Source: Vampirovibrio sp. (GTDB taxonomy: Bacteria > Cyanobacteriota > Vampirovibrionia > Vampirovibrionales > Vampirovibrionaceae). Taken from it: a DNA stretch of 64,000 nucleotides. Positions within the stretch are counted from its first letter, which is position 1. Each line of letters starts with the position of its first letter. The notes under the pieces were generated by a model. The model did no database searches. It was not told where the DNA came from and worked only from the letters and a program-made list of their open reading frames with translations. Positions 46,429 to 56,245 of the stretch are shown here, one piece after another. Where the stretch lies: positions 94,790 to 158,789 of the forward strand of contig NZ_JBGSRV010000012.1 in assembly GCF_041737375.1 (NCBI RefSeq). The letters run 5' to 3'. Made by a program: the position numbers and the translations under genes.

Positions 46429-48291
46429 TTGAAATCAGGAATGAAAGCCGAGGCAACTGCTCAAGTGTGGAAAGATAAAGTTTTTTCCTCAGAAAACAAG
46501 ATTTTGCTATTGGTGATTACCAGTATCTCCGTGTCTTTTCTGATTGTGGCCTTTGGCATTTATACCAACTACAACAATTCGCTGGCCGATAACTACGATC
46601 GGTTTGCCAACATGATTACCGATGTGGTTTCCGTGGGTGGGGTGGAGCGGCTGGCTTCCCGGAACCCCGAATTTGGCATTAAAAAATTTACGGATAATAT
46701 GGTGGCCTCCAGCGAGGATATTGCCGCCATTGAGTTTTACAATACGGCTGGAAAATTAATTTATAAAAGCGGTAAACCCCTGTCGGAAAGCGACAGCAAG
46801 CTGGTGAGCGATTATGTGGCCCCCCTACGCCGGGTGCTGCACGATGACATGGAGCCGGAACCGGTTGGCACCGTTCACGTTAAACTGACTGGAAAAACGC
46901 TGAAGGATATTAAAGTTGCCACCGGCAATATTATTATCTGGGTGTTTTTAAGCGCCTGGTTTATTTCGGTGTTGGCCGTGTCGCTGAATACCTATATTTT
47001 AAGCAAGCATTTGCGAACCTTTGTGCGGGGCGTAAAGCGGCTTTCCACTGGCGATTTTGGCTATAAGATTCTGGAGCATGATTTGTGGGGCGAGCTGAAA
47101 ACATTGGCGGAATCCTTCAATGATATGTCCATGCGCTTGCGAACATATGAAGATCAAAACCTGGAAACCATTACCTTTGAGCGCAACAAGTTGAAGGCCA
47201 TTTTGCTGAGTATTGCCGATGGGGTGGTGGTGTGCGATATGCAGGCCAAGGTGGCTATTATTAACGATTCTGCCTGCGAGATGCTGGGCTACAAGTCCAG
47301 CCAGTGGGCCATTGGCTCCAGCTTGAAAGACTATGTAACTGAAAATGGCACCCGTTGTTTTGAGCCCATTATTGTGGACTTTGAAAAAGTGGTGGCCGAA
47401 AAACGCTCCGCGCTTCCCCAGTTGTTTACCCACAAGCTGGAAGTGCCGCAAACCACCCTGAAAATTATGTTGTCTCCCATTCAGGATGCGGATGGGGACA
47501 TGCTGGGCTTTGTGCTGATTATGCATGACGTGACCAAGGAAACCGAAGTGGACAAGATGAAAACCAGCTTCATTTCCAATGTGTCTCACGAGTTGCGCAC
47601 ACCGGTTACCACCATTAAAAGTTATGTGGATACCATCTACAACCACGGCAAGGATTTGGATACGGAGACTTATGATGAGTTTATTGAAACCATCAACTCG
47701 GAAACCGATCGCCTCAAAAAACTGGTGAACGATATTCTGGATTTCTCCCGCCTGGATGAAGGCACCGTGGTGCTGGAACGTGAACTGTCTGATATTTCCC
47801 CGGTTATTAACCTCACCGTGCAATCGGTCAAAGTGCTGGCCGATCAGAAAAAAATCACGCTGAGTACAGCCATCGAATCCGGATTGCCCAAGCTGTATAT
47901 TAACAGCGATAGCATTGAGCGGGTGCTGCGGAATCTGCTAAGCAACGCCATTAAGTACACCGATGAAAATGGCCGCATTCGGGTGCGGGCGGAAGTAACC
48001 GAAATGGGAGACGCCCTGGAGGTTTCGGTGCAGGATAGCGGCATTGGTATTCCTGACGAGCATTTGCCCCATATTTTTGATCGGTTTTACCGGGTGGAAA
48101 ATAAAGTGCATACCGTAAAAGGCACCGGCTTGGGGCTACATTTGGTGAAAGTGGCCATTGAAAAGCATCATGGTGGAGAAGTGTTTGCCCGTAGTGAAGT
48201 GGGTGTGGGCAGTACGTTCGGCTTTCGCATTCCTCTAGGAGAACCGGGTAGCGAGCTGCCCGGAGAGGCCGCCAAATCCCTTTCTGCCTAA
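46429..48291 (+). CDS. Sensor histidine kinase (TM-periplasmic-TM, HAMP, PAS, HisKA, HATPase_c)
   Basis: 620 aa with H-box 'SHELRTPVTTI' and G2 box 'GTGLGLHLV'. No response regulator gene is adjacent. Confidence 0.88.
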   Translation: MKSGMKAEATAQVWKDKVFSSENKILLLVITSISVSFLIVAFGIYTNYNNSLADNYDRFANMITDVVSVGGVERLASRNPEFGIKKFTDNMVASSEDIAAIEFYNTAGKLIYKSGKPLSESDSKLVSDYVAPLRRVLHDDMEPEPVGTVHVKLTGKTLKDIKVATGNIIIWVFLSAWFISVLAVSLNTYILSKHLRTFVRGVKRLSTGDFGYKILEHDLWGELKTLAESFNDMSMRLRTYEDQNLETITFERNKLKAILLSIADGVVVCDMQAKVAIINDSACEMLGYKSSQWAIGSSLKDYVTENGTRCFEPIIVDFEKVVAEKRSALPQLFTHKLEVPQTTLKIMLSPIQDADGDMLGFVLIMHDVTKETEVDKMKTSFISNVSHELRTPVTTIKSYVDTIYNHGKDLDTETYDEFIETINSETDRLKKLVNDILDFSRLDEGTVVLERELSDISPVINLTVQSVKVLADQKKITLSTAIESGLPKLYINSDSIERVLRNLLSNAIKYTDENGRIRVRAEVTEMGDALEVSVQDSGIGIPDEHLPHIFDRFYRVENKVHTVKGTGLGLHLVKVAIEKHHGGEVFARSEVGVGSTFGFRIPLGEPGSELPGEAAKSLSA

Positions 48292-48384
48292 ACTTGCATA
48301 TTGATTGGATTGGCGCTTTATTGAAAGCCGCCAATAAAGCGCGTAAAGCCCATCAATGAAAAAGCGCAAAAAAAGCGCAAAAAA

Positions 48385-48410
48385 AAAGGCCCTACGGAAA
48401 AGGGGCCTTT
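48385..48410. terminator. Bidirectional terminator between the kinase gene and the cyclase gene
   Basis: AAAGGCCC / GGGCCTTT stem with a long A-run upstream and T-rich sequence downstream. Confidence 0.65.
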
Positions 48411-48641
48411 GAATTTTACGTAAGAAAGAAAGGAATGGTTAGACTATTCATATATTATCAGAATCTCCATTTGGTTGAGTCAACACCTACATGAATATAC
48501 AAGAAAATTAACAATCCAGCTAAACATAAGAAACTTAAAAACCCCGCCTGAAATTCATAGCTAAAATCCTGCGGATAGGCTGATGAACAACCAGCAAAGT
48601 GCCTTGCCATGCCGTTGCTTGTTTAAGGGCCCGCAATCGAC

Positions 48642-51188
48642 TTAGGCGGTGTGATGATTTTGCCCTTCATGATCCATAACCGGCTCTCCTGCCTGCATAA
48701 CCGGCTCTCCTGCCTGAATTTCGTGGTTCAGGGTTGATGCCGGAGTGTTGTCGGTTGCCACCGGGGCGGGATGTTCATACTGTGCGCCAACCTGATTTCG
48801 GCCCTGTTCTTTGGCCCGGTACAATCCGGCGTCCGAAAATTCAATGAGCTGGGAAGGGGTTTCTCCATGGGTGGGAAAGGTGGCCACCCCGCAACTGATG
48901 GTCACGTGCTTGGCCACCCCTTCGGCAATGGGGTAGGCTTCTTCCGCAATGGCTTTGACCACTTTCAGGGCCACCGCCAGCGCCTCTTCCTCGTTGGCCC
49001 GATCCAGTACAATGGCCATTTCCTCGCCCCCGTAGCGGGCCACCATATCCACGTTGCGAACGGTGCTTTTCAGTTTTTTAGCCACTTGCCGCAGCACTTC
49101 ATCACCGGCCTGGTGGCCGTAGGTATCGTTAAACTTCTTGAAAAAGTCGATATCGATGAGTAGCAAGGAAAATTTGTGTTTGAACCGGGTGGCCTGATCG
49201 ATGGATCGGCGCATGTGTTCTTGGAAGAATCGGTGGTTGTAGAGGTTGGTCATGCTGTCGGTGGTGGCCAGGGCGTAGGTTTTTTCATAGTCCTGATTTC
49301 GGAAAAAATATTTCAGCATAAAGGTCATGGTAATGGTGATGACCAGACAAGCCATGGGCATGGCCACATTAATCCACAGTTGCTGAGACTGGTACATGAC
49401 AATGGCAAATAAAACATACATAACAGAAATATTGGCGGTGGTTAGCAAGCCTGCCAAGGGAGAGCGCATTTTAAAGGAGCATCCTGCTGCCAGCAAACAG
49501 ATGAATACTGTGGCCAGAAAATTGAGATAAGGCGCCACCCGTTGAATATAGCGGCCCTGATTCTGGTAGAGATTATCAAACAGGTTGGCCTGTAGCACCA
49601 CGCCCGGCAGTGTGGCGTGAATGGAGGTGTTTTTAATGTCATAAGCACCCACGGCGGTTGCCCCCACAAAAATAATTTTATTCTTCAGCAGCGCTTTCAG
49701 GGCCTCATCTTCCTGATTCAGGGGCAGTCCCGCCTCTTCTTTTTTCATGGTGCGAATGACTTCCCAGGCCGATACCATTTTGTAAGGCTGCGGGACGTAT
49801 TTGGCTTTCAATGCAGCCTTTAGCATTTCGCTCAGGCTGCTTGCCTTTTGCAGTTCATGTTGATTTTGATCGATACGCTGCTGGAGGGCGTTAAATACCG
49901 GGGTATCCGGGGGCAGGCTTTGGAGTTGGGCTTGTTGTTGTTCGGTTTGCGCTTTCAGTTGCTTTTCATAGTGGGCTAAATCCCGCAAATTCCGGGTGTA
50001 TTCTTCCCGCTTCACATTCACGTTGTACCAGTTAATCAAAAAGTCGCCCTGGTTGGTTAAGGGAATATCGTAGTTTTTAAACCGCAAGCGGCCTTCTTTG
50101 GACAGCGTCAGTTTCAGCTTCTCTCCCGGAAATTTGAGGTTGAGAACGGCTTGCATGCCCAGATAAGGAAAGTAACGATACTGGTACTGGCTTTGTCGTT
50201 GGTAAACGTAATTGCCGTACCCATCCATCAAGTAGCCATCGGCATCAACCGGGTGTGGATAGGCAGGATCCTGATCTAGATAAGTATTATTCTCATGTTT
50301 CAGGGCCGGTAAATACCGGGATTTGGCAATGAAGAATCCGTCTGAATCGGTGCGGTTGCCCTTTGCATCCAGCCATCGATCCTGTTTTTTCACCAACGGA
50401 AAATGCGTGGTTTTAATAAAGGGCTGATACTTGAACTGGAAGAATAGCGGGTTACTCCGGCTCACCCCGTCGCTATCCGCCCCGTGGTTGATGATGCCAA
50501 TGTTGCGTCCGGTATCCAGCAGGCTTACCATAATGCTGCGGTAGTGGTTAAAGGTCATATGGTCGTTCTCAAAAAAAACGTTGCCATCGGTTTTGTTTTT
50601 TTGCAATTTTAAATTGGTGGTTTTGGGCGCTTGGGCCAGCTCCGATGTGAAGTCGATAGAAAGCGGCTGAAGTCTTTCAATGTCTCGGGGGGTTAAATCT
50701 TTTCCCAGTTTTTGGCTTTGGGTCAGCTCATTATCAAAGTTCATACTTAAATAAACGTTATTGTACTTTTGAAACGCGTCTACCAGGCTTTGATCCGCCT
50801 TTTCGCTGCCTTTGCGGTGGGCTACAAACATAATGTCGTACAGCAAACTTTTTGCCCCTGCCCGGTTTAAAAAGTGGATCATGCGGGCATGAACGTCCCT
50901 TGGCCAGGGCCATACCCCAAACTCATCACTCAGCACGTTTAACGAGGAATCATCAAACTGAAGAATCAGAATGTCTTTGCTGGGTCGTTTTTTTGTTTCG
51001 CCCAGTTGCATTTGCGCCCGAAGGTCGTATGTTTTTAGCTCCAGCTGATCCACAATCCGATCAATGCCCGCCAGCAAAAAAGTGCCTAAAATCATGGCAA
51101 CCACCAGCGAGGTTAATCCGGCTTTGGCCACCAGATTTACAAACGAACGCAGTTTTGACTTTTCTTCTTCTGGCTGGTGGGGTTCCAC
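48642..51188 (-). CDS. CHASE2-domain membrane diguanylate cyclase (GGDEF)
   Basis: 848 aa, GTG start with GGAG box. It has an N-terminal TM segment, a large CHASE2-like ectodomain and a TM bundle. The GGDEF domain carries 'RNVDMVARYGGEEM' (I-site RxxD plus a GGEEM active-site variant). Confidence 0.85.
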   Translation of the reverse strand: MEPHQPEEEKSKLRSFVNLVAKAGLTSLVVAMILGTFLLAGIDRIVDQLELKTYDLRAQMQLGETKKRPSKDILILQFDDSSLNVLSDEFGVWPWPRDVHARMIHFLNRAGAKSLLYDIMFVAHRKGSEKADQSLVDAFQKYNNVYLSMNFDNELTQSQKLGKDLTPRDIERLQPLSIDFTSELAQAPKTTNLKLQKNKTDGNVFFENDHMTFNHYRSIMVSLLDTGRNIGIINHGADSDGVSRSNPLFFQFKYQPFIKTTHFPLVKKQDRWLDAKGNRTDSDGFFIAKSRYLPALKHENNTYLDQDPAYPHPVDADGYLMDGYGNYVYQRQSQYQYRYFPYLGMQAVLNLKFPGEKLKLTLSKEGRLRFKNYDIPLTNQGDFLINWYNVNVKREEYTRNLRDLAHYEKQLKAQTEQQQAQLQSLPPDTPVFNALQQRIDQNQHELQKASSLSEMLKAALKAKYVPQPYKMVSAWEVIRTMKKEEAGLPLNQEDEALKALLKNKIIFVGATAVGAYDIKNTSIHATLPGVVLQANLFDNLYQNQGRYIQRVAPYLNFLATVFICLLAAGCSFKMRSPLAGLLTTANISVMYVLFAIVMYQSQQLWINVAMPMACLVITITMTFMLKYFFRNQDYEKTYALATTDSMTNLYNHRFFQEHMRRSIDQATRFKHKFSLLLIDIDFFKKFNDTYGHQAGDEVLRQVAKKLKSTVRNVDMVARYGGEEMAIVLDRANEEEALAVALKVVKAIAEEAYPIAEGVAKHVTISCGVATFPTHGETPSQLIEFSDAGLYRAKEQGRNQVGAQYEHPAPVATDNTPASTLNHEIQAGEPVMQAGEPVMDHEGQNHHTA
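48675..48716 (-). repeat. Perfect 21-bp tandem duplication, in frame in the cyclase C-terminus
   Basis: CATAACCGGCTCTCCTGCCTG x2 on the + strand, encoding QAGEPVM-QAGEPVM. Confidence 0.95.
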
Positions 51189-51321
51189 GCCAAATCTCCA
51201 GGTTAAGCAGTACTTTGACTAACGCCCAACTCAATCCGTCGGGGGTTATGGATGCGTTAACAAGGGTATCGGCAGTTACGGGTAAATATTAAATTTTTTT
51301 TTAGCGAAATCCTGATTGGGC

Positions 51322-52362
51322 TTATAAAAAAGCAATGGCCAAACCCAAGGCAATCAGCAGGGTCAGCAAGCCTGCCCCGGCCATGGCGAAAGCCAGATCA
51401 ATATCACGTTGCTCATAATGAACGGTGCGCTGGTGGATTTGTTCATACACCTTGCGGAAATCGGCTTTTTTAAACACTCTAAAATAGCTGCCTCCGCCCA
51501 GTTCCGCGGTTTGTCGCAAGGTGGTTTCATCAAATAACACGGGCAGTTCTACGCCCTGGTACACAATGCTGCTGCCTTCGGCGCTGCCCACCCCAATGGT
51601 ATGAATGGTTACGTTGGCCGCGCGGGCTTGTTTGGCGGCCTCATTCCACGGAAACCCCTCGTGACTGTCTCCATCGCTGAGCAAAATAATGACCTGATCC
51701 GGCTTGGAGGGGGTTGGTGCTGACTGCTGGGTGTTTTCCGCCTTGGGCGTGGAAGTGGTTACTGCCGACTCCGATTGCTGGTTCAAAATTTGCAAGGCGG
51801 TTCGCAGGGCGCTGCCAATTTCGGTGCGAGGTTTTAAGTCTTCTCGTTTCAAGGCCCGCAGGTAGGCGATAATTTCTTCGTGGCGGCTGGTGGGGGGAGA
51901 TACCACATAGTTATCGCCCGCGAAAAACTCCAGCCCAATGCGGGCATCTGAAGGCAGGCTTTGTACAAATTGAATGGCGGCCTCTTTGGCGGCATTCATG
52001 CGATCCGGCTTGATGTCTTCCGCCAGCATACTTAGGGAAATATCCAGCACCAGCATAATATCCGCCGATTGAACGCCCACCTTGGCGGTAACCGTAGGGC
52101 GAGCCAGCCCAATCACCAGCAAAGCTATGATGGCGCTGACGCTTAGGGGGAGTAGTAATCTTTTCCAAAGGGCAGGTTGGGCCTTAATTTGCTCAACCAC
52201 AGCGGCGTAACTGAACTGCAAAGACAACCGCACCAGCTTTTGCCGAATGCGCCTCATGTAAAGCCACCAAAAGCCGGGAATCAGCAAGAGCAAAAGCAGC
52301 GCCCAGGGCCATTCAAAGAAAAAACCGCTGATGTTTCGCCAGCCTGTCCAGTCTATTATCAT
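51322..52362 (-). CDS. VWA-domain membrane protein (BatA-like)
   Basis: N-terminal TM pair 'WPWALLLLLLIPGFWW', MIDAS 'LDISLSM' and a C-terminal TM segment. The start at 52362 gives an ATGA overlap with the DUF58 stop; the ORF is open to 52446. Confidence 0.8.
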   Translation of the reverse strand: MIIDWTGWRNISGFFFEWPWALLLLLLIPGFWWLYMRRIRQKLVRLSLQFSYAAVVEQIKAQPALWKRLLLPLSVSAIIALLVIGLARPTVTAKVGVQSADIMLVLDISLSMLAEDIKPDRMNAAKEAAIQFVQSLPSDARIGLEFFAGDNYVVSPPTSRHEEIIAYLRALKREDLKPRTEIGSALRTALQILNQQSESAVTTSTPKAENTQQSAPTPSKPDQVIILLSDGDSHEGFPWNEAAKQARAANVTIHTIGVGSAEGSSIVYQGVELPVLFDETTLRQTAELGGGSYFRVFKKADFRKVYEQIHQRTVHYEQRDIDLAFAMAGAGLLTLLIALGLAIAFL

Positions 52363-53336
52363 GAGGCGATCCGTCCGGTTTTCAGTAAATTCAGCACTAT
52401 TTCTAGCGGCGGTTGATGGGTGGGCGCCATTGCAGTGGCCCCCCATTCTTTCAAGCGTTGAAGGGTGCGCGCTTGCTTGCTTTCCACCTGTTCCCGGTAA
52501 CGCTGGATGAGCGCCGGGTTTTGGCTATCAAACTGGGTAACCTGTCCTGTTTCTGGATCTTGCAGGGTTAAAATGCCCAGGTTGGGGGGCAGTTGGGTTT
52601 CTACCGCGTCCACCAGCATCAGGTTCAGCAGTCGGGCCTTGTGAGATAACTGGCCCAAGGAAGCTTGCCAGTCATCGGTCGCCGCCAGAAAATCACTGAG
52701 AATGACCACCGTATTTTGTTTGGAAACCACATGACAGAGTTGCTGGCAAGCGCTGTGCAAGGGATCGGCCTGCGGCAACCCGGTGGGGACTTTTGGGCAT
52801 TGGCTGCTGTCCAGCAATCGTTGGCTAAGGCGGCGTAAATGGGCTTGTCCGCTTGCGGGGGGAATAATTTCCGGCTGTGGCCCGCTGATAAAATAAGCGC
52901 CCAGCTTGTGACCCGATTTTTCGGCCAGCAAGCCAAATAACCCGGCCAGCTCAATGGCTTGCCGTATTTTGGTTTGATGATGGCCAAAGCGCATGGAGGG
53001 GGTTAAATCTACCACCAGCCAGAGGGTCAGCTGCTTTTCCTCGTGATATTCCCGCACATGGGGGGTTAAGGTGCGGGCAAATACGCTCCAGTCCATTTTG
53101 CGGATATCATCGCCGGGTCGGTATTCCCGCAAATCGGCAAAATCAAGCCCCTGACCCCGCAGAGCGCTTTGGGTGTCTCCGGTGGCCGCGAATTTGAGCT
53201 TTTGGCGCAACAGGGCATCCAGCCTTTTTAGCAGGGCTTCCGCATTCTCAAGCGGCTGCGTAGGTTGCTCCGGCTTTGGCAGGCAGGCCAACGGGTTTAA
53301 AATCGGATCCAGCCAGCGCAAGAGGGCGGACATCAA
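52359..53336 (-). CDS. DUF58-domain protein
   Basis: 325 aa with 'GQGLDFADLREYRPGDDIRKMDW'. Sits between MoxR and VWA, as in Bat-type operons. Confidence 0.8.
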   Translation of the reverse strand: MMSALLRWLDPILNPLACLPKPEQPTQPLENAEALLKRLDALLRQKLKFAATGDTQSALRGQGLDFADLREYRPGDDIRKMDWSVFARTLTPHVREYHEEKQLTLWLVVDLTPSMRFGHHQTKIRQAIELAGLFGLLAEKSGHKLGAYFISGPQPEIIPPASGQAHLRRLSQRLLDSSQCPKVPTGLPQADPLHSACQQLCHVVSKQNTVVILSDFLAATDDWQASLGQLSHKARLLNLMLVDAVETQLPPNLGILTLQDPETGQVTQFDSQNPALIQRYREQVESKQARTLQRLKEWGATAMAPTHQPPLEIVLNLLKTGRIAS

Positions 53337-54326
53337 TTAAGTTCCAGTCAAAACCGGCACCGGAACGCTGGCCTTGATCTCATCCAGCAATTGATCGGCG
53401 CATAGCCCGTTGGCCAGTCCTTCATAAGAGAGAATAATGCGGTGGCGCAAGCAATCGTGAATCAGTTTTTCAACATCCTGAGGCGTGACATAGGTGCGAC
53501 CGTTTACCAGGGCCATGGCCTTGCTGGCGTTGGCCAATGCCAGTGAACCCCGTGGAGAGGAGCCGTACTGGATGCCCTTGTGATCGGGGTTGCGGGTGGC
53601 CTCAATCAGGTCCACAATGTACTGCATCAGTTTGGGATCCAGATAGACGGCCAGCGTTTGCCGCATCACTTCCAAAATTCGCTCCTGATCCAGAATGGGT
53701 TCCAGTTCAGGCAGGGTTTCCCCGCTCATGCGCTGGATAATCACCAACTCTTCCTCGGGGGATGGGTAGTGGATGAGCAGTTTGAACAAAAAGCGATCCA
53801 GCTGGGCTTCGGGCAGGTTAAAGGTGCCTTCCGATTCAATGGGGTTTTGGGTGGCCATCACCAAAAAGGGGGCATTCAGCAAAAAGGTTTCCTTGCCAAT
53901 GGTTACCTGATGCTCCTGCATGGCTTCCAGCAACGCGCTTTGCACTTTGGCGGGCGCCCGGTTAATCTCGTCGGCCAGCACAAAGTTGGTGAACAGTGGC
54001 CCCACCTCGGTGCTGAACAACCCATTGGAGGGGTTGTAAATGCGGGTGCCAATTAAATCCGAGGGCAGTAAATCCGGGGTGAATTGAATACGCTTGAAGG
54101 CCAGAGCAGTCACCTGGCTCAAGCATTTCAGGGTAAGGGTTTTTGCCAAACCGGGCGCGCCTTCCACCAGCACATGCCCCCCGGCAATCACCGCGATAAT
54201 CAGGCGCTCCAGCAGATGCTCCTGACCCACAATCACTTTTTTCAGTTCATAAAGCACCCGCTCTAGCAGGGCTTGGCTGTCTTGGGCTTCTTTCTCACTC
54301 AATCGGCTCATGATTCTATTGTACAC
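53337..54326 (-). CDS. MoxR-family AAA+ ATPase
   Basis: 329 aa with Walker A 'GAPGLAKT' and Walker B 'LADEINRA'. GTG start preceded by a GAGAAAGG box. Confidence 0.88.
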   Translation of the reverse strand: MYNRIMSRLSEKEAQDSQALLERVLYELKKVIVGQEHLLERLIIAVIAGGHVLVEGAPGLAKTLTLKCLSQVTALAFKRIQFTPDLLPSDLIGTRIYNPSNGLFSTEVGPLFTNFVLADEINRAPAKVQSALLEAMQEHQVTIGKETFLLNAPFLVMATQNPIESEGTFNLPEAQLDRFLFKLLIHYPSPEEELVIIQRMSGETLPELEPILDQERILEVMRQTLAVYLDPKLMQYIVDLIEATRNPDHKGIQYGSSPRGSLALANASKAMALVNGRTYVTPQDVEKLIHDCLRHRIILSYEGLANGLCADQLLDEIKASVPVPVLTGT

Positions 54327-54473
54327 CCGCTGCCTTTCTCTTGCTCGCTATTGCCCCCCGCTTTTTATAACCCATATTCTTTTGCGCTCAATGCTTGTTA
54401 ATCGCAAGTGTTGCTTATACGATGTCTCCATTCCAATGGGTGGGACATTTAAAACTGTAATGAGGGGTTTATC

Positions 54474-55124
54474 ATGGGAAATTTGTTTCCGTCATCACAA
54501 GTGATGACCTTATCTGGCTTTCGGCCTCAGCCGACCCGTCAACGTTCTGCGTTAACTCAAAAACAACAGGCGCCTTTAGCAGCGCCCAAGGCGTATCTTT
54601 TGTCAGGTTTAAAGCCTTTACATGCCGATTTTCAACGTTTTGGCACCGGGAGTTTGAATGCGCTGGCTGATGATCACTTTCAGGGAAAAGGCGCCAGTGC
54701 CGCCCCCGTTTTTCAAAAAACGTTTTACACCAAAGATGAGCCTGATTTGCTGAAACCCAAAGGGCAAATCCTGCGGCTTAGCGATGCGATGAAAGAGGCG
54801 CTGGCGGCTCCCCAAGATCCTATGCCGGAACAGGTTGTTTTGAATCTGGTTTATGAAGACATGCCCCCGGTGGCTGGCATTCGCGCTTTTTTAGCGGAAA
54901 AAGCGGAAGAGGCCAATGGCAAGAGCGTTAAATTAATGGGCGCTCGCCTGTTTATGGGCATGCCCAAGCAGTTACCGCCGATGGCTTTAAAGCATGACCC
55001 GGCGGATGCCAAAGCCATTACCTTTGCGGTGGACACTCGCCATATGAGCCGGGATGAGTTGATGCAGTTCGCCAACTTTCTGGCCAAAGGCGCTCGTTTT
55101 TTGCCGGAAGCCTATCAGGAATAA
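54474..55124 (+). CDS. Hypothetical protein (orphan)
   Basis: 216 aa with a GAGGGG box 7 nt upstream. The N-terminal ~70 aa are Gln/Pro/Ala-rich. No recognisable domain. Confidence 0.5.
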   Translation: MGNLFPSSQVMTLSGFRPQPTRQRSALTQKQQAPLAAPKAYLLSGLKPLHADFQRFGTGSLNALADDHFQGKGASAAPVFQKTFYTKDEPDLLKPKGQILRLSDAMKEALAAPQDPMPEQVVLNLVYEDMPPVAGIRAFLAEKAEEANGKSVKLMGARLFMGMPKQLPPMALKHDPADAKAITFAVDTRHMSRDELMQFANFLAKGARFLPEAYQE

Positions 55125-55150
55125 AGCGGCGCGCTGTTTAACGCAGTGAA

Positions 55151-56245
55151 TCAGAAGCAGGTGGCCAGTGTGTTTCGCACTGCTGCCAGCATTGTTTCTA
55201 CCGGCACGTTCAGGCACTCGGAGGTGGCGCAGTTTTGGTTGCGAACATCCCACAGGCAAGGCCGACAGTCCAGATTTTGGGCGGTGACGGCGATAAAGCG
55301 GGCATCGTGGGGGGGCAGTAATTTTTGTTCGTCGGTGGGGCCAAACAAGGCCACAGCCGGTTTTTGATACCCCACGGCCAGATGCATGGGAGAAGAATCC
55401 ACACAGAGCAACAAATCCGCTTCCAAAATCAGGGCGCCCAACTGGCGCAGATTTTTGGTTTGTCCATATAAATTGGTAAACCCTGCCAAATTGGGGGGTA
55501 AATTGCGCTGGATTTCCTCAACGGAATCTCGATCGTCCGGCCCTCCGGCCAGATACACGGAATGGCCCTCTTGGCACAGTTGAAGAATCAGAGCCGCCCA
55601 ATGCGACGCAGGCCAGCTTTTGAGAATGTTTTTTTGAATGCTGATGGTGCTTACGCCCGGATGAATCAGGATGGTGTTCCCTGCGGTTTTTGGGTGCATC
55701 AGATCTTGCGCCCAGGCTTGATCTTCTGGCGGGGGCGGCTTGAGCTGGGGCAAGATGGGCTGGGTGGGCTGATAGCCGGTTTTCAATAAATACTGTAGAA
55801 AATGCTGGGCCAGGGCAAAATACATGGCCGCCGCGTATCCCTTGCGATCGTGCTTGGGAGCCAGCGGGGCCTGGGTGGTTAAAAGCGCCTGGCTGACGGG
55901 GCCGGTTTGAAAGCCCACCCGCAGGGGAATGCCACTTAAAAACAATAGCACCGGAATAAAAGGGCTGCTACCGCTGGAAATGACCACATCAAAATGTGAT
56001 TTTCGCAGGGCGTTCCAGAGCTGAAAAAAAAGACGAAGCCGGGACTGCCCCTGCACGTTGAGGGGGATGATGTGATCCACTTCTAATAAATCGCTCACCG
56101 CACTGCTGCGGTCTTCCAGAAACAGGGTGGTGTGGGCTTGGGGGATATAGCGTTTGATTTCTGAAATGACCGGGGCAAATAAAATTTCATCCCCAATGCC
56201 CCCAAAGTTAATGAAGGCGATTTTTTGAAGTGATTCAGGCCGCAT
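55151..56245 (-). CDS. Glycosyltransferase family 9 (LPS heptosyltransferase-like)
   Basis: 'KIAFINFGGIGDEILF' N-terminus and a 'FGPTD' region. The start at 56245 ('MRPESL') gives an 11-nt overlap with the upstream gene; the ORF is open to 56413. Confidence 0.75.
   Translation of the reverse strand: MRPESLQKIAFINFGGIGDEILFAPVISEIKRYIPQAHTTLFLEDRSSAVSDLLEVDHIIPLNVQGQSRLRLFFQLWNALRKSHFDVVISSGSSPFIPVLLFLSGIPLRVGFQTGPVSQALLTTQAPLAPKHDRKGYAAAMYFALAQHFLQYLLKTGYQPTQPILPQLKPPPPEDQAWAQDLMHPKTAGNTILIHPGVSTISIQKNILKSWPASHWAALILQLCQEGHSVYLAGGPDDRDSVEEIQRNLPPNLAGFTNLYGQTKNLRQLGALILEADLLLCVDSSPMHLAVGYQKPAVALFGPTDEQKLLPPHDARFIAVTAQNLDCRPCLWDVRNQNCATSECLNVPVETMLAAVRNTLATCF

Noticed and set aside
51322-54326. 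MoxR/VWA genes as a novel ternary conflict system
   Set aside because: The architecture is the ordinary MoxR-DUF58-TM-VWA (Bat-like) operon. No effector, protease or death-domain-like partner is visible. Only the adjacency to the CHASE2 cyclase is reported as a finding.
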